DNA from: Aquificales bacterium
Lineage (GTDB): Bacteria > Aquificota > Aquificia > Aquificales > Aquificaceae
Reading direction: 5' to 3'
Length of the DNA: 24,000 bases
Assembly (NCBI GenBank): GCA_027037055.1
Contig: JALWBR010000018.1
Span: 13,923-37,922 of the forward strand
Positions 16,400-23,246 of this stretch are shown here, piece after piece. The notes below the pieces were generated by a model. That model was not told the DNA's origin and did no database searches. It was given only the letters and a program-made list of their open reading frames with translations. A program made the position numbers and the translations under genes. Position 1 is the first letter of the stretch, and each line of letters starts with the position of its first letter.

Positions 16400-16690
16400 T
16401 TAAACCTGCATCCTCTGAAGTTCCTGGAATGCCTCTAAAAGCTTATTTCTTATTTGAATCAAAAGATTTAGTGCCAATGAAGCCTTCTCAAATTCTATTA
16501 TGGCAGAATGAAGGGGAATATTCTCCCCCCTTAAGATAGCTGATTTTATCTCTTTTGACTTTAACTGTTGCCTATTTACCCACTCTATAAAGGAAGATAA
16601 TTGCTTAGCAAAGTCATCCCCCTTTCCTTGTTTAATATCATTTCCCTTTATGTGCTTTAATGGTAAAGAAGGAAAATCTCTTATCTCCAT
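16400..16690 (-). CDS. fliE: Flagellar hook-basal body complex protein FliE
   Basis: The C-terminal FEKASLALNLLIQIRNKLLEAFQELQRMQV matches the conserved FliE C-terminus (..VRNKl..AYqEimrMqv). Confidence 0.88.
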   Translation of the reverse strand: MEIRDFPSLPLKHIKGNDIKQGKGDDFAKQLSSFIEWVNRQQLKSKEIKSAILRGENIPLHSAIIEFEKASLALNLLIQIRNKLLEAFQELQRMQV

Positions 16691-17094
16691 AGTTCTAATG
16701 TCCTCTCCGCCATTTCCCTTGTCATATTAAAAGCTGTCATATTTGCCTCATAACTCCTTATTGCGGATATCATGTTTGCCATCTCCTTTGCAAGATCAAT
16801 GTTAGGTTTCATAACATAACCTTCCTCATTGGCCATGGGGTGGTCGGGATCATAAACCATTCTGAAAGGTTCATCTGATTCTATTATACCTTCAACCCTT
16901 ACCGGTATCTCTCCCCTTTCCTTAGATTTTGGATCCTCAACAGCCCTGAATACAACCTCCAACCTTCGGAAAGGTACACCTTCCTCCGTATAAGAGTCAT
17001 AATTTGCCAGATTTGAGGCTATGGTGTTCATCCTTATCCTCTGGGCGTACATACCAGATGCACTTATATTGAATGCGTTAAATACATCATTCAT
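16681..17094 (-). CDS. flgC: Flagellar basal-body rod protein FlgC
   Basis: ISASGMYAQRIRMNTIASNLANYDS at the N-terminus and AIRSYEANMTAFNMTREMAERTLEL at the C-terminus. Confidence 0.93.
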   Translation of the reverse strand: MNDVFNAFNISASGMYAQRIRMNTIASNLANYDSYTEEGVPFRRLEVVFRAVEDPKSKERGEIPVRVEGIIESDEPFRMVYDPDHPMANEEGYVMKPNIDLAKEMANMISAIRSYEANMTAFNMTREMAERTLELWR

Positions 17095-17471
17095 CTTCTA
17101 CCCTCCTTGATCACATTTTCCAATTTCCTCAAATATCCCGTTGCCATCTTCATATAAGTTTCATAAGCCAATCTGTTTTTTACCATCTTTGCCATCTCCT
17201 CTTCTATACTCACATTATTTCTATCGTTACCTACAAGGCCCCTGTTAATCTCAATAACTTTAAAACTACTTCCCTCACCTGACCCGTCCAAGTGCTTCGC
17301 CCTTGTTTTTTTCAATTTAAGTACTTTTCCCAATTCTCTGCGGAATATAACATCCTTTGCCCTGTAACCCGGCGTATCCGCATTGGCTATATTGCTGAGT
17401 ATAACCTTATGCCTTAACCATGTATAATTTAAAAAGGGTTTAAGCTCGTCCGCCCCTTTAAATATGTCCAT
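17091..17471 (-). CDS. flgB: Flagellar basal-body rod protein FlgB
   Basis: LSNIANADTPGYRAKDV rod-protein N-terminal motif. 126 aa. GGGGGT SD 5 nt upstream. ATGA overlap with flgC. Confidence 0.92.
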   Translation of the reverse strand: MDIFKGADELKPFLNYTWLRHKVILSNIANADTPGYRAKDVIFRRELGKVLKLKKTRAKHLDGSGEGSSFKVIEINRGLVGNDRNNVSIEEEMAKMVKNRLAYETYMKMATGYLRKLENVIKEGRR

Positions 17472-17474
17472 AAT

Positions 17475-19253
17475 TTACCCCCACAAGGCTTTTATAGCCT
17501 CACTCCATATATTATTAGTCTCCGAAGCCTTTTTGACAACCCATTTTAAAAGTTCCTTGTCCTTTCTTATCTCACCTATCCTACCCATCTGAAATATAGC
17601 CCACCAGAAATAGGGATCCCTATTATCACCCTTATGTTCAATAAACTTTCTGTAATATTTTTCCGCCTCCGCGTATTTTTTCATATCAAAATATTTATCC
17701 CCCAACCTCAACAAAGCATATTCCTTCATAAAATCCATTCCTTTTACCTTCTCCGCCTCCTTAAGGAATGCCTTATAGCTCTTTAGGTCATCACCTATGT
17801 AAGCAACAAGAAATAATGCCCTCACCTTATGGGTACCATCTATACCCTTGATAGATGCCTTTAACAGCCTAAGACTCCTCTTTCTATCACCTTTAAGAAA
17901 TGCATAAATACCTTCTATATAGCTCCTTAAATATTTGTTACTCAACTCTTTTGATAGTGAAACAGCCTCCTCATCACCCGTATTAAGTAGTGCAAGAACG
18001 GTTATCTCTTTCTGTTTATCCTTCCAGAATATTTCCTTAACATTGTTTCTATTAGTCTTGTAAAGATCAACTATCAATAAGCTATCTTTACGAGGAGATA
18101 GGGACTCATAAACACCATGAAGCAATCGGATTTCCTTTGTTTTATTAGCTATGTCTTCCCTGTAAACATTTTTAACCTTTAAAACCTCCCTATCCCCTTC
18201 ATCAATATGTTTTTCTTTAAGGATCAGGTAATAAATGCCGAGAAGGGGAAGTATGCTTCTTTTCTCCTCTATATTAAGCCATACTATATCCCTAAGTTTT
18301 GACCTGTAATCCTTAAAAAACTCATTGTAGGTTTGAAGAAAATCGTAATACATCCATAAAGAGGAAAATATGGCTTGGGCTGTTTTACTTGATAGAAGCG
18401 TGTTTTCATCCGCATACTTCTTTATTTTCTCAAAGGCATCCTTGTAATTTTTATTATCCAGATATATAAAAATTAAATACATATTTATCTTGTCCGTATA
18501 TTCACCGTAATAATCCTTCCTTGACGCTATTTCCAAATAAAGGGTCGCCTTTTTTATATCACCCGTTCTGTAGTAAGAGGCTCCGAGTCTGTATAAAAAA
18601 GCGGGATCATTCTCAAGATACGGGTTTATGCTTCTTGCAATGGAAAGATACTCCACAGCCTTTTTATACTCTTCAATATTGAACATAAAATAGCCGAGAA
18701 CCGTGTAGTAAAGATCCTTTATATCTTTAATATCTTCCTCTTTAAGTCTGAGTACCCGGGTGTATCCTTCCATACTGTCCATAACCGCGGAAGAGAGGGC
18801 AAACTTAATGAGATATTTGGGACTTCCTTTCTCCTTGTAAAGGGTGTCGTAAACAGCTTTGGCTTTCTCATACCAGCCTATCATGTAGTAGCAGTCTCCC
18901 AAAAACTCCCTTTGTAGCAAGGGAAATCTCGGAGTCTTATATTCATAAAAATATTTATTTAAAAAGGCAATGGCGGATCTTATACCGCTCCTGTGACCGG
19001 TGGAATAAAAATATAGGGCGTAGGCTTTTCCCAAATAAAGGTAGGATAGTTCTCCGTAATAGCTTTCCGGAGCAGTGGAATATAGGGAAGAAAAGATATT
19101 TATAGCGCCTATGTAGTCTCCGACTGACAGGCTTTTAACCCCATCATTAAAAAGGGCTTTAAGATTCTCCTTCCCCCTAAGCTCACTATTAAAGGAGTAG
19201 GCTGAAATCAGTACTATCAGAAACAGAGGAAGTCTTCTTACCAGCGATTTCAT
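17475..19253 (-). CDS. Secreted TPR-repeat protein (592 aa), periplasmic scaffold candidate
   Basis: Signal peptide MKSLVRRLPLFLIVLISAYS. TPR-like units throughout (GDYIGAINIFSSLY, GWYEKAKAVYDTLY, GDIKKATLYLEIA, KNYKDAFEKIKKY, KKYAEAEKYYRKFIE). Its stop lies 3 nt before the flgB start. Confidence 0.8.
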   Translation of the reverse strand: MKSLVRRLPLFLIVLISAYSFNSELRGKENLKALFNDGVKSLSVGDYIGAINIFSSLYSTAPESYYGELSYLYLGKAYALYFYSTGHRSGIRSAIAFLNKYFYEYKTPRFPLLQREFLGDCYYMIGWYEKAKAVYDTLYKEKGSPKYLIKFALSSAVMDSMEGYTRVLRLKEEDIKDIKDLYYTVLGYFMFNIEEYKKAVEYLSIARSINPYLENDPAFLYRLGASYYRTGDIKKATLYLEIASRKDYYGEYTDKINMYLIFIYLDNKNYKDAFEKIKKYADENTLLSSKTAQAIFSSLWMYYDFLQTYNEFFKDYRSKLRDIVWLNIEEKRSILPLLGIYYLILKEKHIDEGDREVLKVKNVYREDIANKTKEIRLLHGVYESLSPRKDSLLIVDLYKTNRNNVKEIFWKDKQKEITVLALLNTGDEEAVSLSKELSNKYLRSYIEGIYAFLKGDRKRSLRLLKASIKGIDGTHKVRALFLVAYIGDDLKSYKAFLKEAEKVKGMDFMKEYALLRLGDKYFDMKKYAEAEKYYRKFIEHKGDNRDPYFWWAIFQMGRIGEIRKDKELLKWVVKKASETNNIWSEAIKALWG

Positions 19254-20499
19254 GCCTTATACTCTCTCTATCCCTGTCTCCCTTTTTATTGTAATTTAAC
19301 GGTTTTTCGGACTTTGATATAATCTGCCATCCGTTAACACTTAGCATCTCAAGATCAAATCCTATGATATGAAGCCTTTCCGAGAGCCTTATCTTATCAA
19401 GAAAAGATATATTCTCAGGAACAAGATTTTCAGATCTAACAGATACAGACAGCTTTTCCCTCTCAACCCTTAAGACTATGTTTATATCCTCAGTCTTCAA
19501 ATGAACCCTCTTCGGCTTTGAAATGTTGTTTGTTTCATATTCAGAAATGTCTATAGTTTGCCTTACCTCCGCCACATCCTCAAACTGTTTTATTTCCTCC
19601 TTCCCGCCTCCTGTCTTATGAAGATGATAAACATCCCTTATATCCTCTCTCTTAACAGGTCTTTCAACTTCAGCACTTACTGATTCGGTAACATAATCAC
19701 CCTTCGCATATACCTTTGTCTTCAGCTTAACATCATTAGCATTACCGCCACCATCAACGTGTTTCTTAATAAATTCCCTGGACTCTCCTTTTTCATTAAT
19801 GGGTTCCTTTTCAAATTCAAGGTGTATATTACCCTTTGCCTTACTAAAACCCTCTCTTGAGGGTGAAACCTCTCTTTTATACTCGGATTTTACATCATAA
19901 GGTTGCTTTTGAGGTAGCATATCCTCCTTTAGAAAACCTATATCCCCCTTCTCATTATTCTCTTTCTCTCCATACACTTCCCTTCTTAATATCTCCCCCT
20001 TAATTTTCTCCATTTCGTAGGGTTTAACATCCTTTACATTACTCTTAAGAGCCTCAAATACAGGCTTATCTGTTAAAGATATCTTCTGAACAGCACTTCC
20101 AATGTTCTTTTCCACCTTTTCTGTATTAACACTTAAAATTAATTCCGTCTTACCAGTTTCACTTTGAGGTTTACTTTTATTTTCTTCTGGTTTCTCGCCA
20201 TCAGTAATGTTTTCAACCTTCACATATTTAATATCACCGATAGGTAATACATTTCCTTGTAGTACATTGACGCTCTTTTTCTCTGTATCGTCCTTCTCAG
20301 AATTTACACTATCCAGTATATGCAAACCATCTCCTTTTCTCTCCTCTTTGATACCCCCCATAATCTGGGTTATAATTTCCGAAAATTCCATATACTCACC
20401 ATTTTGTTCCTCAGACTTGGGGGTTAAAAGATCTAATATATCCTCCCCCTTTTTTCCTTTTATACCCCACAAGAATACAGGTAATCCGAATCCGTTCAC
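19189..20499 (-). CDS. Glu/Lys-rich hypothetical protein (436 aa) with a possible FliK-like (hook-length control) C-terminal domain
   Basis: GTG start in a GTGA overlap with the glycosyltransferase stop. An alternative start is ATG 20391. The long low-complexity charged middle and the C-terminal segment RVHLKTEDINIVLRVEREKLSVSVRSENLVPENISFLDKIRLSERLHIIGFDLEMLSVNG follow the alternating pattern of Flg_hook domains but lack the usual P..LG. The functional call is weak. Confidence 0.55.
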   Translation of the reverse strand: MNGFGLPVFLWGIKGKKGEDILDLLTPKSEEQNGEYMEFSEIITQIMGGIKEERKGDGLHILDSVNSEKDDTEKKSVNVLQGNVLPIGDIKYVKVENITDGEKPEENKSKPQSETGKTELILSVNTEKVEKNIGSAVQKISLTDKPVFEALKSNVKDVKPYEMEKIKGEILRREVYGEKENNEKGDIGFLKEDMLPQKQPYDVKSEYKREVSPSREGFSKAKGNIHLEFEKEPINEKGESREFIKKHVDGGGNANDVKLKTKVYAKGDYVTESVSAEVERPVKREDIRDVYHLHKTGGGKEEIKQFEDVAEVRQTIDISEYETNNISKPKRVHLKTEDINIVLRVEREKLSVSVRSENLVPENISFLDKIRLSERLHIIGFDLEMLSVNGWQIISKSEKPLNYNKKGDRDRESIRHEIAGKKTSSVSDSTDFSLLL

Positions 20500-22349
20500 T
20501 TAGAATAGTATATTCCTTCTTTTTTAGCTTTCAAGTACTTTGAAATTCCGTGCTGAGTCTTATACCAGTAAAAGGGTCTTTTTATAAGCTCATAAAGGGC
20601 TATGTAAGCTGATAAGGAATGAAGATACCAATAAAGAGGAATGAGTATAGAAAAAGGTAACAGGTTGTAATATCCCCTCCTCAACAAACCGATAGCATGC
20701 AAAACAATACCCATACCGTTTCCGATCACAAATGTGTATAAGGATATTGTCTTTACATCAAAGGCGGGTGATACAAATAGAGAAAAAAGCATAACAAAGG
20801 GATGGGCAAGGAATATAAAGGGAGTCCCGCCTATGAGCAGAAAGAGGGTCAATAATCCCCTCACACCCGTGTGTTTATATAGATAACCCATATTCCTTGA
20901 GTGGACAAGAAAAGTTTGCATATAACCCTTAATCCATCTGGATCTTTGCTTAATCCAGTTCTTCAAACGGGCATTTGCCTCTTCATAGGTCGTTGAGTTT
21001 ATAAATCCCACCCTGTACCCCTTAACCGCAAATCTTATTCCGAGATCTGCATCTTCCGTTGTATTAAAGGGATCCCAACCTTTTACTCCATCAAGCTTAC
21101 TCCTGTCAAAGTGATTACTTGTACCACCGAGGGGAATGGGAAATCCAAGTTTAACAAGACCCGGTATCATACAGTCAAACCAAAAGCTGTATTCAAGTGT
21201 AAATAGTTTGGTTAAAAGGTTTTCATCCCTGTTGTAGAAGTTAAGCTTGGCCTGTAAACATGCTGTATCCCCTCTACACTTTTCAAAATTAGCAAGGGCG
21301 AGCCTCAATTGATCGGGTTCCGGTATGTCTTCCGCATCGTATATCGTTACATACTTTCCCCTTGCAAAAAATAACCCGTAATTACATGCCTTAGGTTTTG
21401 TCTTAGGCATACTTGCAGGGACTATAACAAACCTCCAGTTATAAGGGGGATTATACCTTTTTGCACTTACAAGGGTCTCATAATCATCCTCTTCAAGGAT
21501 GAGTATGATGTCAAGCTTGTGTTGAGGATAATCAAGTCTCTTTAAAGCACTTATAAGATTTCCTATAACCTCCTTCTCCCTGTAAAGGGGTAAAAGTATG
21601 GTATAAACCGGATACTCATCCCTTTTATTTTCACCTATCTTTACCCTGTTTCCGCAGGAAGAAATAAGACCCGCTAAGCTTACAAAAAGTTTAAAAGCTA
21701 TGGCTGAAATGTAAAATACCTGCATTGCAATGAACATACCCGTTGAAGAACGGGAAGGATATAAAATAAGGGAAAGGATAATTAACAGGCCCACGGTAAG
21801 GAAAAACATCTTTTGTTTCTTTGAAATAACAAGGCTCGCTGATAAATTTTCACTTTCCCTTTTAAGGGAAGAAACAGCAAAATCCATAAGTTCTCTGTGA
21901 AAAACGCTTTGAATGATCCTTTGTAGATCGTTATCGGATATAAGTTTTAAATCAACACGGTTAAACACATACTTATGCTTTAGCTTCTTTGTAATAAACC
22001 TTAAGTCAAGATTTTCCCTCGGATAGGATGTTGCAACAATAAGTGTGTCATCTTCAATCCTTAAAGGTATACACTGATTATCCCATATCTCCTTCGGAGA
22101 AAATATCTTTATTAAACCGATATCCAATTCATTAATTGAGGGTGAAAAGAACCCTATACCGTATTGCTGTGATAGGGCGGTATATAACTCCCTTTTGTTT
22201 ATGTAGCCGAGAGATAGTAATATCCAGCCTATTCTACCACCGAATCTTCTCTGATAGTCAAGGGCATATTTAAGTTGTGTCTCACTTATAACACCGCTCT
22301 CAACCAGTATCTCCCCTATCCTTAAGGTGGCAGTTAAAACTCCGCCCAT
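20496..22349 (-). CDS. Membrane-embedded processive family-2 glycosyltransferase (exopolysaccharide synthase) with an N-terminal MshEN/T2SSE_N c-di-GMP receptor domain
   Basis: Residues 10-33 (RIGEILVESGVISETQLKYALDYQ) and 39-62 (RIGWILLSLGYINKRELYTALSQQ) fit the MshEN 24-mer motif. Two TM helices lie at about aa 181-230. GT2 core: YTILLPLYRE, LEEDD, KPKACNYG, DAED (338-341), TED (431-433), QRSRW (468-472). Further TM helices run to the C-terminus. Confidence 0.9.
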   Translation of the reverse strand: MGGVLTATLRIGEILVESGVISETQLKYALDYQRRFGGRIGWILLSLGYINKRELYTALSQQYGIGFFSPSINELDIGLIKIFSPKEIWDNQCIPLRIEDDTLIVATSYPRENLDLRFITKKLKHKYVFNRVDLKLISDNDLQRIIQSVFHRELMDFAVSSLKRESENLSASLVISKKQKMFFLTVGLLIILSLILYPSRSSTGMFIAMQVFYISAIAFKLFVSLAGLISSCGNRVKIGENKRDEYPVYTILLPLYREKEVIGNLISALKRLDYPQHKLDIILILEEDDYETLVSAKRYNPPYNWRFVIVPASMPKTKPKACNYGLFFARGKYVTIYDAEDIPEPDQLRLALANFEKCRGDTACLQAKLNFYNRDENLLTKLFTLEYSFWFDCMIPGLVKLGFPIPLGGTSNHFDRSKLDGVKGWDPFNTTEDADLGIRFAVKGYRVGFINSTTYEEANARLKNWIKQRSRWIKGYMQTFLVHSRNMGYLYKHTGVRGLLTLFLLIGGTPFIFLAHPFVMLFSLFVSPAFDVKTISLYTFVIGNGMGIVLHAIGLLRRGYYNLLPFSILIPLYWYLHSLSAYIALYELIKRPFYWYKTQHGISKYLKAKKEGIYYSK

Positions 22350-23134
22350 AACGATAAAAACCCTCCTTCAGATTTACCCGTGTTCAAACCGTACAAGGTT
22401 TTTATAAACCCAATAAAAAGGGAGTAATTACCTGCCCTTATGCGCGGGCCTATGTAAAGATTAAGCAGTTCAAAGCTATCGGGTACAAATACATTGGGAA
22501 CTATATTAAGATTGGTTTCCGCTGTCCTTTGGAAATCAAGGGTGCCTATGAGCTGAAATCCCTTACCAATATTACCACCCAAGGTAAGATAAGAAGAAGA
22601 GATACTAAGCACCACATCTGTGTACTTTCTGTAACCGAAACCGCTATCAACAAACACCCATTTATTGGAATAACCTCCCAAAAGACCCACCTCAAAGGCG
22701 TAACTTCCGTAGCCTATAATCGGTTCAATGCTTGTGCTGTAGTTCCAAGGGATTATAAATTTTCCATAAAGGGAAAATACAAAGGGGTCGTAATAAACAA
22801 AACTGCCTATTATTCCCACCTCTATATCCTGAAGGTTTCCGTTGTATTTTTCCCCGCAGGTTATGAGGGTAAGGGGTACTTTAAATATTAAAGTGGCCCT
22901 ATCGCTCAACCCGTATTCACTGTAACCTATGAGATCATGTTTTGTATATGAACATTCAAGTTTTTTCTCTTTACCGTACTTATCAAAGTATGAGTTTGCT
23001 GTAAGAAAAAAATAGGTAAGGGAAAAGAAGTAATGGTTCTTTTTACGGAGCCATGCGGAAGCTTCCGCCTCTTTAATTGTAACAAATATAAGTAAAACTA
23101 CTATACAACGCCCGAACCCCTTCCGGCTTTTCAT
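22334..23134 (-). CDS. Outer-membrane beta-barrel protein (266 aa), candidate polysaccharide export porin
   Basis: Signal peptide with an AEA/SA cleavage-like site. Alternating hydrophobic/aromatic beta-strand pattern throughout. C-terminal ...GFLSLWAEF ends in Phe, as in OMP sorting signals. AAGGAAGGT SD 7 nt upstream of the ATG. 16-bp overlap with the synthase gene. Confidence 0.7.
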   Translation of the reverse strand: MKSRKGFGRCIVVLLIFVTIKEAEASAWLRKKNHYFFSLTYFFLTANSYFDKYGKEKKLECSYTKHDLIGYSEYGLSDRATLIFKVPLTLITCGEKYNGNLQDIEVGIIGSFVYYDPFVFSLYGKFIIPWNYSTSIEPIIGYGSYAFEVGLLGGYSNKWVFVDSGFGYRKYTDVVLSISSSYLTLGGNIGKGFQLIGTLDFQRTAETNLNIVPNVFVPDSFELLNLYIGPRIRAGNYSLFIGFIKTLYGLNTGKSEGGFLSLWAEF

Positions 23135-23232
23135 TTATATTACCTTCCTTATTTGAAAGTTATTTATTTCATGTTAATATATTACGGTCTTACCGAAAGG
23201 CAATATTGATTATTTCCACACTCAAAATATCT

Positions 23233-23238
23233 TAAAAT
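23233..23238 (+). promoter_or_regulatory. -10-like TAAAAT 8 nt upstream of the prfB ATG
   Basis: TAAAAT (23233-23238), then ACTGTGTC, then ATG 23247. There is no SD-like purine run before the ATG. Confidence 0.35.
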
Positions 23239-23246
23239 ACTGTGTC

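Noticed and set aside
20207-22891. Plus-strand ORFs 20207..20503 and 22529..22891 antisense to the 436-aa gene and the OMP gene. The same reasoning applies to 23783..23980 (-) inside prfB, which lies outside this span.
   Set aside because: They are shadow ORFs with no supporting signals.
23135-23246. Possible c-di-GMP riboswitch (GEMM-like), sigma-54 promoter or small ORF in the 112-bp region upstream of the OMP/synthase unit.
   Set aside because: The minus-strand sequence is AT-rich, without the paired GC-rich helices and GNRA/receptor elements of GEMM aptamers. The TGGAAATAATCAATATTGCC element has the GG and GC dinucleotides 4 nt too far apart for a -24/-12 promoter. The 12-codon ORF at 23171 has no SD or other support.
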